Below the pieces are notes generated by a model. That model searched no databases. It was not told where the DNA came from and saw nothing but the letters and a program-made list of their open reading frames with translations. This document shows positions 1 through 10,000 of a DNA stretch of 64,000 nt, piece by piece (position 1 is the stretch's first letter; the number at the start of each line of letters is the position of its first letter). The stretch is from Longimicrobiales bacterium (GTDB taxonomy: Bacteria > Gemmatimonadota > Gemmatimonadetes > Longimicrobiales > Gaopeijiaceae): the NCBI GenBank assembly GCA_965198065.1, contig CBDAON010000004.1, forward strand, positions 1,472,001 through 1,536,000, written 5' to 3'. The position numbers and the translations under genes are program-made.

Positions 1-719
1 TGCCGCTACGGGCCGACTACAACCGGAGGCTCGCGGAGAGTATCCGGTCCGAGGGTATGCGGTCGCAGTCGCGGGAGTCAGAGGCCGCCCTGACGCAGGA
101 CATGGAACGGATGATGGGCCAGTTGGAGCAGGCCTCCGCCCAGCTGAACGGGCAGCAGCAGGATCAGGCCCAGGAGCTGGCCGAGCAGGCGCGGGAGCTG
201 CTGCGCGGTGCGGAGTCGATGGAGGCGCGGATCCAGCAGGGGCAGGAGCGGTCGCTCCAGGGCCAGCAGGGACAACAACAGGGCGGCCAGCAGCCCGGCC
301 AGCAGCAGGGTGGTCAGCAGCCGGGCGGGGGCGGAGGCGGCCAGCTCGACGACCAGACGATCCGGCAGCTCCGGGCCGAAGCGGGCCGGCGCGCGGACCA
401 AGCCGAGGCGCTCCGCGACCGGATCGGGGACTTCGGCAGCGGCGACTATCGCGATTACGCGTGGGGCGGCCGTTTCGACGACATCGTCCGGACGTTTCGT
501 GAGCTCGAGGGTGGCCGGTGGTACGCCACGCCTAGAGAGCTGGCGGAGGTCCAGACGCTTCTCGTGGAGTCACTCCGGGAGCTGGACTTCGCGATCCGGA
601 GAGAGTTCACGACGGCGGGCCGCGAGGGCCCGGTGACGTCCGGATCCGGGGCAGTGCCGGAGTCCTACCGCGACGCCGTGAACGAGTACTTCCGCTCCCT
701 CGCCGTTCCGGACCGGTGA
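1..719 (+). CDS. C-terminal part of a large Gln-rich coiled-coil protein (DUF4175-like); begins upstream of window
   Basis: Frame open from window edge; Q/G-rich linker; C-terminal VPESYRDAVNEYFRSL motif. Confidence 0.6.
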   Translation, partial: PLRADYNRRLAESIRSEGMRSQSRESEAALTQDMERMMGQLEQASAQLNGQQQDQAQELAEQARELLRGAESMEARIQQGQERSLQGQQGQQQGGQQPGQQQGGQQPGGGGGGQLDDQTIRQLRAEAGRRADQAEALRDRIGDFGSGDYRDYAWGGRFDDIVRTFRELEGGRWYATPRELAEVQTLLVESLRELDFAIRREFTTAGREGPVTSGSGAVPESYRDAVNEYFRSLAVPDR

Positions 720-2242
720 TCGGGAGGATTTGCTCCACCGCCGCGAAGCGGCGGGGTCCAACCGCGACACCCCTGGGCGCGCCCAGGGGTGTCGTGCTTC
801 TCCAGCTGGCCGTCCCGTCCCTCTTCGTGGTCGGGGCGCTCCACGGCCTCGACCGTGCCGCCATCGTTCCCACCGCGAACGCGGAGGTGAGCGCAGAGCC
901 GGCAGTCGTCCCCTCGTCCGACCCGGCGCCGGCCCTGGTGCCTGCCCCCGCTAGCGCGGCCACCGCCGCCGCCCACGAGATCCCGGTGACGGTCCTGGTC
1001 CAGGCGTTCCTCCGGCCCGAGGGGGACGTGCTTCGAGTGCTCGTGCGTGCGCCCTTGAACTCTATGCGGGACTTCAACTTCCCGACTCGAGGCGAGGCGT
1101 TCTTTTTGAACATTGCCGAGGCGCAGCCGATGCTCCTGGCCGCAGCCAGGCTCTGGCTGGTGGATTACGTGCGGCTCTACGAGGAAGACACGCTCCTCAC
1201 CGATCCAGCCGTCGTGGCCGCGCAGACCTCGCTCCCGTCGGACCCGTCCTTTGAATCGTACGAAACGGCCCTCGCCCACATCCTGGGTCCACCCCTCCCA
1301 CAGGAGACCGACCTCGTCTGGACGCAGGCTATGATGGACGTCCTGATCGAGTACCCGATCGAGTCGGCCGACTCCCGCTTCTCGATCGACTCCGAGTGGG
1401 CCCACCTCGGGATCTCGACCTCCACGGTCCTCCGCTTCCAGCTCCCGGGGAGTGAGGAGCGCCTCTTCCAGTTCACGGGGGTCCCTGGGCTCGTTCGCCT
1501 CGACCCCAGCTGGTTCCAGGCGGCCGCTCGGTTCGTGCTGATGGGGTTCCTACACATCCTGGACGGGATCGACCACCTGCTCTTCATCTTCTGCCTGGTG
1601 ATCCCGTTTCGCAGGATCGTGCCACTGCTCGCGATCATCACCTCCTTCACGATCGCGCACTCGATCACGCTGATCGCGTCGGCGTTCGGGTATGCGCCGA
1701 ACACGCTCTGGTTCCCGCCCTTGGTCGAAGCGCTGATCGCAGTCTCGATTCTCTTCATGGCGTTGGAGAACATCGTGGGAGCCGAGCTCCAGCGACGATG
1801 GCTCGTGGCCTTCGGCTTCGGGCTCGTCCACGGCTTCGGGTTCTCGTTCGCGCTCCGTGAGTCGCTCCAGCTGGCCGGCGCGCACCTCACCACGTCGCTC
1901 TTCTCCTTCAACGTGGGCGTGGAGTTCGGACAGATGGCGGTGCTCGTTCTGATCATCCCAGCGCTGGCCGTGCTGTTCCGGTGGGTGATGGCGGAGCGTA
2001 TAGGGGTCATCCTCCTCTCCGCCCTGGTCGCCCATACGGCGTGGCACTGGACGACCGCCCGGTGGGAGACGTTCCGTGCCTACCCGCTCGAGCTGCCCGC
2101 CTTCAACCTGGTTTTCCTGCTCACCGCCACGCGGTGGCTGACCGCCATCCTGATCCTGGTCGGGATCGTCTGGGGGATGTACAACGTGTTCGGCCGGTTC
2201 GAGGGGCTCGGTGGGAAGCGGGAGCCCGAGGCCCCGAGATAG
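716..2242 (+). CDS. HupE/UreJ family membrane protein with N-terminal extension
   Basis: GFLHILDGIDHLLF, ITSFTIAHSITL, FGFGLVHGFGF and FNVGVEFGQ motifs; start uncertain. Confidence 0.85.
   Translation: MIGRICSTAAKRRGPTATPLGAPRGVVLLQLAVPSLFVVGALHGLDRAAIVPTANAEVSAEPAVVPSSDPAPALVPAPASAATAAAHEIPVTVLVQAFLRPEGDVLRVLVRAPLNSMRDFNFPTRGEAFFLNIAEAQPMLLAAARLWLVDYVRLYEEDTLLTDPAVVAAQTSLPSDPSFESYETALAHILGPPLPQETDLVWTQAMMDVLIEYPIESADSRFSIDSEWAHLGISTSTVLRFQLPGSEERLFQFTGVPGLVRLDPSWFQAAARFVLMGFLHILDGIDHLLFIFCLVIPFRRIVPLLAIITSFTIAHSITLIASAFGYAPNTLWFPPLVEALIAVSILFMALENIVGAELQRRWLVAFGFGLVHGFGFSFALRESLQLAGAHLTTSLFSFNVGVEFGQMAVLVLIIPALAVLFRWVMAERIGVILLSALVAHTAWHWTTARWETFRAYPLELPAFNLVFLLTATRWLTAILILVGIVWGMYNVFGRFEGLGGKREPEAPR
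765..794. repeat. Perfect 30-bp palindrome
   Basis: CGACACCCCTGGGCG|CGCCCAGGGGTGTCG is its own reverse complement. Confidence 0.9.
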
Positions 2243-2287
2243 GGGCGAGTCGATCGAGCCCGCGTGGGCAGCAAGCGCCCGGCCGCT

Positions 2288-3937
2288 TCAGCCGGCGATA
2301 GATGCCCGGTTCTCGGCCAGGTGCGCGGCGGTCCGCCCCGCCAGGGCCTGCACTGTGAGGGTGGGGTTTCGCGCCCCGCTCGTGCCCATCACCGACGCCC
2401 CGAGAACCCCCAGGTTCGGGATCTCGTGCGAGAAGCCCCACCGGTTCACGACGTTCGTCTCCGGGTTGTAGCCCATGCGGGTCCCCCCGTAGGCGTGGGT
2501 CGAGGCCCCCATCGAACCGCCGCCCGAGCCGCCTCTCGACGTCTCGATCGCGCCCGCCTCAAGGTACCACTCCTCCATCCGGTCCTGGACGAAGGACGTG
2601 ATCCCCTGCTCGTTTTCCCGGTACTGTCCGGTGATCCGGATGACCGGGACGCCGAGCGGATCCCTCACCGTCGGATCCAGGTCGAGGAAATTCTCTTCGT
2701 GCGGCAGGGTCGTCTTCTGGATGTAGGCGGAGCTCGTTCGGTCGGCGTTCTCCCTGATCCAGGCCTTCCAGTCCGATCCCCAATTGCGCGCGACCCGGCC
2801 CCACGTGCTCCCGCTCGCCGCGGAGATCGGGCGCCGGTCCGACATGACCCAGAGGTTCCCGCCGCCGATGAAGGCCGTGTCCGCGTGGTCGAAGTTGTCG
2901 TCCGCCCAATTGTCCACGGCCACGCCTTGGGCCGGGAGCCCGTACCACGCGTTCGTGTCGATGGGGAAGAGGGCGGATACGCCGGCTCCCTGCTGATGGC
3001 TGAAATAGTGGCGTCCCACCTGCCCGAGGTTGTTGGAGAGCCCGTTCGGGAAGGCGGGTGAGGTCGACGTGAGGAGAAGTCTCGCGTTCTCGTAGGTGTA
3101 CCCCGCGATCAGAACCGCCCGAGCCGGCTGGAAGTACTCGTCGCTCCCGATCACGTAATTCACGCCCGTGACGCGACCGTCGGCGTCCACGGCGATCGTC
3201 GTGACGAGTGTCGAGCTCTTCGCGTCCACGTGGCACCCCCCTGAGCTGCAGAAGCCGTGGTAGGTGCACCCGGGCCGCCCGTCGTAGGGAACGGTGTTGA
3301 TCGCCGCTGGGCCGGGGAACGGGTACCATCCCAGCCGGCGCGCGGCCTCGGCCATCCGCTCCAGGAAGCTCGTCCACCTGAGTGGCGGCATGGGGTACTC
3401 CCGCGCCCGTGGACCCTCGAAAGGGTTTCCGCGCGGGTCGATCGTGCCCTGGACGTTTCCCGCCTGCCCAGACACGCCGATGGCCCTTTCGACCGCGTCG
3501 TAATACGGTTCGAGCTCCTCGTATGCGAACGGCCAGTCCTCGACGGTGGATCCGGGAGGGATCCTGGACGCGCCGTAGCGGCGGGTCGTCTGGCTCACCA
3601 CCTGGAAATCCCACGGGTTCAACCGCCAGCTCTGGGCCCAGTAGTGGAGCGTCGTGCCTCCGACGGCGTTGATCATCGGGTGGCCGCCCCGAGTCGCCTC
3701 GCTGTTCCGGTCGGGCCTTGAGGTCGGGCGCTCGTCGTAGGTCTTGTGGACGATCATGGGCCAGTCCCGAAAGTTGTTCCGGATCTCGTCGGGGACGAAG
3801 TCGTCTCGACTGAGCCACGTCCCCGCCTCCAGGCCCACGACCTCGAGCCCGGCCTCCGCGAGGGGGAGGGCCGCCACCCCACCGGCCGCACCCATTCCCA
3901 CGATCACGACGTCCGTCGGCTGTTGTCGGATCACCAT
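2288..3937 (-). CDS. GMC oxidoreductase (gluconate 2-dehydrogenase flavoprotein-like), possibly with a short internal deletion
   Basis: GMGAAG FAD motif, VGGTTLHY, CxxxGFCxxGGC, THAYGGTRMG, NPTLT. Confidence 0.9.
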   Translation of the reverse strand: MVIRQQPTDVVIVGMGAAGGVAALPLAEAGLEVVGLEAGTWLSRDDFVPDEIRNNFRDWPMIVHKTYDERPTSRPDRNSEATRGGHPMINAVGGTTLHYWAQSWRLNPWDFQVVSQTTRRYGASRIPPGSTVEDWPFAYEELEPYYDAVERAIGVSGQAGNVQGTIDPRGNPFEGPRAREYPMPPLRWTSFLERMAEAARRLGWYPFPGPAAINTVPYDGRPGCTYHGFCSSGGCHVDAKSSTLVTTIAVDADGRVTGVNYVIGSDEYFQPARAVLIAGYTYENARLLLTSTSPAFPNGLSNNLGQVGRHYFSHQQGAGVSALFPIDTNAWYGLPAQGVAVDNWADDNFDHADTAFIGGGNLWVMSDRRPISAASGSTWGRVARNWGSDWKAWIRENADRTSSAYIQKTTLPHEENFLDLDPTVRDPLGVPVIRITGQYRENEQGITSFVQDRMEEWYLEAGAIETSRGGSGGGSMGASTHAYGGTRMGYNPETNVVNRWGFSHEIPNLGVLGASVMGTSGARNPTLTVQALAGRTAAHLAENRASIAG

Positions 3938-3988
3938 CGTTAGACTCCCGGTCGGTCGAGGCCCTCCCCTCCGCCCCCCGGCAACGGA

Positions 3989-4699
3989 TCAGGGCTGGTC
4001 GTAGGCGGAGAGGTGGTTCGGCGGAAGCTGACCCGCCTCCAGTAGCTGCTGATCCCTCGCGCTCACCACCCGGCGCACTCCCGGATAGCGGATCAGGTCC
4101 CACCCGACGAAGCCTTGGTTGCCGCCGTACTGTGGGTCGCCAAAGGTGCCCTGCCAGGTGTGCGAACGCACCATCCGGAAGAACGCGGCGGAGCTCCCCT
4201 GGAAGCCGGCTCCGGCCCCGGTGGCGGTGCCTGTCTGAACGTCGACGAGCACCGAGTCTTGGTCCACGGCGTCGAGCTCGGCAAACCGCGCGCCCCGGGA
4301 GTAGCGGGCGTAGCGGTCGAGCGCGGCGAGGCCCGCGCGATAGGCTTCCCTGGTGCTCGCGAGGGCCCCGCCTAGCTCCCGGTCGATGTAATAGATGGCC
4401 CCGGCCTCCCTGGCACCGGGGCCGAGGTCGTCCGCCGGGATCAGGCGCGCGATCATGGCGTCCAGGATCTCGGCCTCCTCCACGGTGAGGTTGGCGATCC
4501 GCGGCCGAGCTTGGGAGACCACGGGAAGCGCCGGGCTCCGGGGGGCCGCCCCTGCCTGGTCGCCTCTTCTGAGGGCAGCGCCCTCGCCCGGCCCCGGAGC
4601 CCGCGAGAGGGATCCGGGAAGTACGACCGCCGCGCCCAGCGTGCCGGCGCTCTTCAGGAGCTCGCGCCTCGATATCCTCTTCGCCTGTTCATCCGACAT
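3989..4699 (-). CDS. Gluconate 2-dehydrogenase subunit 3 family protein, Tat-exported
   Basis: SRRELLK twin-arginine signal; RLIPADD..PGA and FGDPQYGGN motifs; adjacent to the GMC gene. Confidence 0.9.
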   Translation of the reverse strand: MSDEQAKRISRRELLKSAGTLGAAVVLPGSLSRAPGPGEGAALRRGDQAGAAPRSPALPVVSQARPRIANLTVEEAEILDAMIARLIPADDLGPGAREAGAIYYIDRELGGALASTREAYRAGLAALDRYARYSRGARFAELDAVDQDSVLVDVQTGTATGAGAGFQGSSAAFFRMVRSHTWQGTFGDPQYGGNQGFVGWDLIRYPGVRRVVSARDQQLLEAGQLPPNHLSAYDQP

Positions 4700-4729
4700 C
4701 GCCGTCTCCTCCGGTCTTCCGCTGCGCTT

Positions 4730-5311
4730 TCAGTCCCACGGCGGCGGGCCCATCGGCTGCCGCTCGTAGATCGGTGTCATCTCACCCCGGCCGATCACGT
4801 GCCCGGCGATGCTCCCGAGCACCTCCGTCCTGTCGAGGCCCGGCGGGAGGTTCATCTCCGTGTCCAGCGCGTAAACCACGAACCGATACTCGTGCACAGT
4901 TCCCAAGGGGGGTGCCGGACCACGATACATGGGAAGCCCCCAACCGTTCAAACCCTGGCGCACCCCGTCCAGCCCGGCCGGCATAGGCTCACGCGAATCG
5001 AAGGGGATGCCCTCCGGGAGCCCGCCCGCGCTGACCGGGATGTTGTAGACGAGCCAGTGAACCCAGGGAGGCGGGCTTCCCGCACCGTGGTCCTCGCACA
5101 GGACCACCAGCTGGCGGGTTCCGGCCGGAAGGTTCCGCCACACGAGGGAAGGCGAGACGTTCCGGCCGTCCGGGGAATAATCCCTCGGCATCAACACCCC
5201 CGTCTCCATCGTCGGGCTTTCCACTAGGATGCCCAAAGGCTCCTGCTGGGCGAGTCCCGATCCGTGAGTCGGAAGGAGGAGCGAGGCTCCCAGCAAAGCC
5301 GCTCGTGTCAT
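4730..5311 (-). CDS. YbhB/YbcL (PEBP, Raf kinase inhibitor-like) protein
   Basis: NVSPSL, WVHWLVYNIP, YRGPAPP..HEYRFVVYALD. Confidence 0.9.
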   Translation of the reverse strand: MTRAALLGASLLLPTHGSGLAQQEPLGILVESPTMETGVLMPRDYSPDGRNVSPSLVWRNLPAGTRQLVVLCEDHGAGSPPPWVHWLVYNIPVSAGGLPEGIPFDSREPMPAGLDGVRQGLNGWGLPMYRGPAPPLGTVHEYRFVVYALDTEMNLPPGLDRTEVLGSIAGHVIGRGEMTPIYERQPMGPPPWD

Positions 5312-5532
5312 CGGCCGCAATGGACGCTCCGATGCGAAATGCGACGCATCCGCTCTGGACGAATGTCCGGCAGGGCTTATGGAAGAGCGAACATATGGCT
5401 CCCGCTGGAACCGGGTCAAAGTGAGGGTGGGGTTAACGCCCCATCCCCGGTAGGTATCTTACTCTGTGGCTGCGCCGCGGGTCGACCGTGGCGAGAGTGC
5501 GATCCTAGAACCCCAACAGTCGAGTCAATGTC

Positions 5533-6012
5533 ATGAAACGCTTCATGGTGCCCGCCCTCGCGTTGGCCCTCGTGGCTGCCCCCACCCTCCTCGAGGCGCA
5601 GGGGCGCGGGGGACGCGGGTTCGGAGCGGTGCAGCTGAACCCCATTCAGGCCATCCTGAACGCCGCGGACAGCCTCCAGCTCGACTTCACGGCCGAGCAG
5701 CAGTCGCGCCTGGAACAGATCCGGACCGACCTCGACACGGAGAACGCGCCGCGCCTGGCTCAGATCCAAGAGGCCCTGGGAGGAGGCGCGCCCGACCCGG
5801 GGACGATCATGCCGATCGTCCAGGGGATCTTCCAGGCGAACCAGGCGGCCATCGAGACGGCACGCTTGGTTCTCGACCCCGAGCAGCTGGCCGCGGTCAA
5901 TCTCTTCCTCGAGTCGCTCGCCCCGGCCGGCCGGGGGACGCGGAAGGGGAGCCCGAGGTGGCGGGCCTCCCGGTTAACCCCGAGGACAGCTAGCTTCTCC
6001 ACCTCGTCGTAG
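5533..6012 (+). CDS. Secreted helical hypothetical protein
   Basis: Signal peptide ending LEA-Q; helical body; C-terminus may be frameshifted. Confidence 0.6.
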   Translation: MKRFMVPALALALVAAPTLLEAQGRGGRGFGAVQLNPIQAILNAADSLQLDFTAEQQSRLEQIRTDLDTENAPRLAQIQEALGGGAPDPGTIMPIVQGIFQANQAAIETARLVLDPEQLAAVNLFLESLAPAGRGTRKGSPRWRASRLTPRTASFSTSS

Positions 6013-6090
6013 GCTGGTCGTCGTCACTGGCCGGTCGTTCGACGAGGCGGCTGGGCGGCCCTGGGGCCAGGGCCACTTCGTGCTGCGCAC

Positions 6091-8577
6091 GTGTCTTCTG
6101 ACCGTGAACCGGAGGCCGTCCCCTCGATGGGCCCACAGACGACCCCGCGCGCCGAGCCATCCGGCGCGTCCGCGGCCCGCCTGCTTCCCCTGGTTCTGCT
6201 CTTCGTTGGAAGCGGTGCCGCGGCGCTGATCTACGAGATCGTGTGGTTCCAGATGCTCTCCCTGGTCATCGGGTCCTCGGCGATCTCGCTCGGGGTCCTC
6301 CTCGCTACCTTCATGGGAGGCATGTGCCTGGGGAGCCTGGCCCTTCCCCACCTCGTGCCAGCCGATCGGCACCCGCTCCGCGTATATGCGACGATCGAGG
6401 GGACGATCGGGGTCCTCGGCCTCGTGGTTCTCTTCGCGCTCCCATGGGTGGGGGGCCTCTATGTCGCGATCGGGGGGGGAGGGTTCGGGGAGCTCCTCGT
6501 ACGGGCCGCGTTTTCCGCGGTCTGCCTCCTTCCACCGACGGCCCTGATGGGCGCGACGCTGCCCGCGATCGCGCGCTGGGTGAGAGCCACACCGCGGGGC
6601 GTATCGTGGCTCGGCTTCTTCTACGGGGGTAACATCGCCGGGGCCGTCTTCGGGTGCCTCCTGGCGGGTTTCTACCTCCTCCGAGTCCACGACATCATGG
6701 TCGCTACGTACGTGGCGGCCGCGTTGAACCTTCTCGTCGCGGGCGCGGCATTTCTGCTCTCGACTCGCGCGAGCCACGCCGCCTCACCCCAGCCGGCGGC
6801 CACTTCTACGTCCCTCTCCCCTGCAGCTTGGACGGTGCTCGTCACGATCGCGCTCTCGGGGTTTACGGCGCTCGGCGCCGAGGTTGTCTGGACGCGGAAC
6901 CTTTCGCTGATCCTGGGCGGCACGGTCTACACGTTCTCGCTGATTCTGGCCGCCTTCCTCGTTGGACTCGGGATCGGAAGCGGGGTGGGCTCGTTCTTCG
7001 CGTCGACGATCCGGAGCCCCCGCGTCGCGCTGGGCTGGTGCCAGCTCCTTGTCATGGCAGGGCTCGCCTGGGCCGCCGTCGCGCTCTCGCGCTCTCTGCC
7101 GTACTGGCCCACGAACCCCGCCCTCGCGATTTCGCCGTGGTTCAACTTTCAGATCGACCTCGCGCGCTGTCTCTGGACCGTCCTACCGGGCGCGATCCTC
7201 TGGGGGGCCAGCTTCCCGCTCGCCCTGGCCGCTGTCGCCACCCCCGAGCAGGACTCCGGGCACCTAGTGGGGCGGGTGTACGCCGCGAACACGGTGGGGG
7301 CGATCCTGGGTTCCATCGCGGTCTCCCTGTTCTTCATCGGATCGATCGGCACACAGGCCGCGCAGCAGCTCCTCATCGTGCTGGCAGCCGTTTCCGCGCT
7401 CATTGTCCTGCTCCCAGCCATAGAGGAGGGCGGTCGGGTCCGCCTTCCCGTGTCGAGGGCCGCGGGGTGGGGTCTGGCGGCACTGGCCTCCGCGGCGCTC
7501 CTGATGAGGATGGTCTCCCCGGTCCCAGGGATCCTCGTCGCGTACGGGCGCTACGCAGTGACCTGGCTCGAGAGCGCGGGCGAGGTGATCTATTCCGGCG
7601 AGGGCACCCACGCCTCCCTTGCCGTGACCCAGCTCCGCAACGGAACGCTGAACTACCACAACGCGGGGAAGGTCCAAGCCTCGAGCGAGCCGCAGGACAT
7701 GCGGCTCCAGCGCATGCTCGGGCACTTCACCACGATCGTTCCCGAAGACCCGGCCTCGGTTCTGGTCATCGGGCTCGGTGCGGGAGTCACCGCCGGCGCC
7801 GTTGCGATCGACCCACGGGTCGAGCAGGTCACGATCGCCGAGCTCGAGGAGCTCGTGCCGGAGGTGGTGTCGGCGTACTTCAGCGAGCACAACTTCTCCG
7901 TGGTGGCGAACCCCAAGGTGGAGCTGCGGATCGACGACGGCCGCCACTTCCTCCTCACCACGGACGAGACCTTCGACGCGATCACGTCCGACCCGCTGGA
8001 CCCGTGGGTGAAGGGCGCGGCCAACCTGTACACGATCGAGTTCTGGGAGTTGGTGAAGAGCCGCTTGAACCCCGGTGGAGTGGTGACCGTGTTCGTGCAG
8101 CTCTACGAGGCGGGAAGAGAGGCGGTGAGGACCGAGATCGCGACGTTCGTCCAGGCGTTCCCGAACGCGATCGTGTGGGCCAACACGGTAAACGGCTTCG
8201 GCTACGACCTGGTCCTCATGGGACAGGCCGAGCCGACCCAGATCGACGTGCCGGCGCTGGCCGCCAGGCTCGCCCGCCCCGAGTACGCTCCAATCCGCGA
8301 GTCCCTCGCAGAGATCGGCTTCCGGTCCGTAGACGCGCTCCTGGGCACGTACGCGGCGGACGCGGCGGACCTCGCCCCCTGGCTCGCGGGAGTCGAGGTC
8401 ACGCGCGACCGGAACCTCCGGCTTCAGTACTTGGCGGGGCTTGGCGTGAACCGCTACGAGCAGGACTCAATCTACCGGGAGATCATCTCGTACCGGACGT
8501 TTCCCGACCAGATGCTGGTCGCTCCCCCCGAACAGCTTGCCTACATCCGGGATCTGATGGCGGGGCCGCGGCCATAG
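6091..8577 (+). CDS. Fused MFS-like membrane domain / spermidine synthase-type methyltransferase
   Basis: Many TM helices (ALIYEIVW, LGAEVVWTR); VLVIGLGAGVTAG SAM motif; DDGRHFL, FDAITSDP. Confidence 0.9.
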   Translation: MSSDREPEAVPSMGPQTTPRAEPSGASAARLLPLVLLFVGSGAAALIYEIVWFQMLSLVIGSSAISLGVLLATFMGGMCLGSLALPHLVPADRHPLRVYATIEGTIGVLGLVVLFALPWVGGLYVAIGGGGFGELLVRAAFSAVCLLPPTALMGATLPAIARWVRATPRGVSWLGFFYGGNIAGAVFGCLLAGFYLLRVHDIMVATYVAAALNLLVAGAAFLLSTRASHAASPQPAATSTSLSPAAWTVLVTIALSGFTALGAEVVWTRNLSLILGGTVYTFSLILAAFLVGLGIGSGVGSFFASTIRSPRVALGWCQLLVMAGLAWAAVALSRSLPYWPTNPALAISPWFNFQIDLARCLWTVLPGAILWGASFPLALAAVATPEQDSGHLVGRVYAANTVGAILGSIAVSLFFIGSIGTQAAQQLLIVLAAVSALIVLLPAIEEGGRVRLPVSRAAGWGLAALASAALLMRMVSPVPGILVAYGRYAVTWLESAGEVIYSGEGTHASLAVTQLRNGTLNYHNAGKVQASSEPQDMRLQRMLGHFTTIVPEDPASVLVIGLGAGVTAGAVAIDPRVEQVTIAELEELVPEVVSAYFSEHNFSVVANPKVELRIDDGRHFLLTTDETFDAITSDPLDPWVKGAANLYTIEFWELVKSRLNPGGVVTVFVQLYEAGREAVRTEIATFVQAFPNAIVWANTVNGFGYDLVLMGQAEPTQIDVPALAARLARPEYAPIRESLAEIGFRSVDALLGTYAADAADLAPWLAGVEVTRDRNLRLQYLAGLGVNRYEQDSIYREIISYRTFPDQMLVAPPEQLAYIRDLMAGPRP

Positions 8578-8716
8578 AGAGGCCGGTCCGAGCCTCAGTT
8601 GCGGCCCCGCCCTTGCTTCCCCCCGGACGCATTTCTACCGTGGTCTCTCCCACGCTCGGAGGCGTTCGCTCGGGGCGCCTTCCCCCTTGTGCGGCCACTA
8701 CACCCGGGAGATCGTG

Positions 8717-9397
8717 ATGTCGTCCGGCCCAGCCAGAGAGGGGAAGTCCATCTACGGGCTCGTCATCGAGAGCCGGCCCGGCCCCGGAGTGCTCCACGAG
8801 CTTAGCGGCGTGATCGCCCGGCGCGGAGGCAACATCACGTGGGTCGTTATCCTAGACAGCCAGAAGCCAATCGAGACGATCTTCTTCGAGATCAGCGACC
8901 TGGAGGACCTCGACGAGGTCATGGAGGAGCTCCGGGCGCTCCCGGTGGTGTCGAGCGTCACCCGGGAGCAGCCGATGGGGAGCGTCTTCGGAAAGCGGGT
9001 CATCATCATCGGCGGGGGCGCCCAGGTCGGTCAGGTCGCCGTAGGGGCGGTCTCCGAGGCGGACCGTCACAACTTGAGGGGTGAGCGGATCTCGGTGGAC
9101 ACGATCCCACTCGTGGGCGAGAAGACGCTCGCCGAGGCCGTCGAGGCCGTGGCTCGGCTCCCGCGCGCGCGGGCCCTCGTGCTGGCCGGTGCCCTCATGG
9201 GAGGAGACATCGAGCAGGCCGTCCGGACGGTCCGCGAGAAGGGGGTCGTCGTGATCTCTCTGAACATGGCCGGATCGGTCCCCGAGGCGGCCGACCTGAT
9301 CGTGAGCGACCCGATCCAGGCCGGCGTGATGGCCGTGATGGCCGTCGCGGACACGGCCCGCTTCCGGGTCGACAAGCTCAAGAAGAAGACGTACTGA
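8717..9397 (+). CDS. ACT domain + DUF5612 protein (putative regulator)
   Basis: N-terminal PGVLHELSGVIA ACT motif; GKRVIIIGGGAQV..SEADRHNLRGERISVDTIPLVGE. Confidence 0.8.
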   Translation: MSSGPAREGKSIYGLVIESRPGPGVLHELSGVIARRGGNITWVVILDSQKPIETIFFEISDLEDLDEVMEELRALPVVSSVTREQPMGSVFGKRVIIIGGGAQVGQVAVGAVSEADRHNLRGERISVDTIPLVGEKTLAEAVEAVARLPRARALVLAGALMGGDIEQAVRTVREKGVVVISLNMAGSVPEAADLIVSDPIQAGVMAVMAVADTARFRVDKLKKKTY

Positions 9398-9902
9398 GCT
9401 TCGATGATCTGGGAACGGAGAGGCTCCGCCACTCGCTGTCCGCCATCGCCTTGCACAGATACACGATCTGGCCCACGTGGTACGCCGTGTGGGTGAGCGA
9501 GCGCTGGATGGCCTGGATCACCGAGAGCTTCTCGCCCCGGATCGTCACCGTTCGCTCGAGGTGCGCCGGCGAGAGAGCCCCCAGGCTCTTGAACAGGATG
9601 TCCCATCCGCTCTCCCAGGCGGCCAGGAGCTCCTCCCTGGAGACGTGCTTCTCCTCGAGCTCCCCGGCCCGGTCCCTCCACTCCTTCTCTCCGTCCGCGG
9701 TGAGGAAATCCGTCCATCGGGAACGCAAGTTCCCACTCACGTGCTGGATCAGGACGGAGATCGAGTTCGACTCCGGGCTGAACTTCTCGAAGAGCGAGGC
9801 GTCGTCGATCTGTTCGAGCGCTCCGTCGGCTAGCTTCTTGTACGCGCGGAACTGACTGCTGCTGCTCTCGATAAAACCGCTGAGGCGCGAGTCCGACCGC
9901 AT
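9378..9902 (-). CDS. DUF1572 / DinB-like protein
   Basis: NSISVLIQHVSGNLRSRWTDFLTADGEK; HTAYHVGQI. Confidence 0.88.
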   Translation of the reverse strand: MRSDSRLSGFIESSSSQFRAYKKLADGALEQIDDASLFEKFSPESNSISVLIQHVSGNLRSRWTDFLTADGEKEWRDRAGELEEKHVSREELLAAWESGWDILFKSLGALSPAHLERTVTIRGEKLSVIQAIQRSLTHTAYHVGQIVYLCKAMADSEWRSLSVPRSSKLSTSSS

Positions 9903-10000
9903 GCCGATCCTCCTTCACTCCCATACGTTGAAGTGGAACTCGTGACCCCGCCGGGCGTACCGGCTCACCGCACTCGACACCACCCTTCCCGGAGACACCA

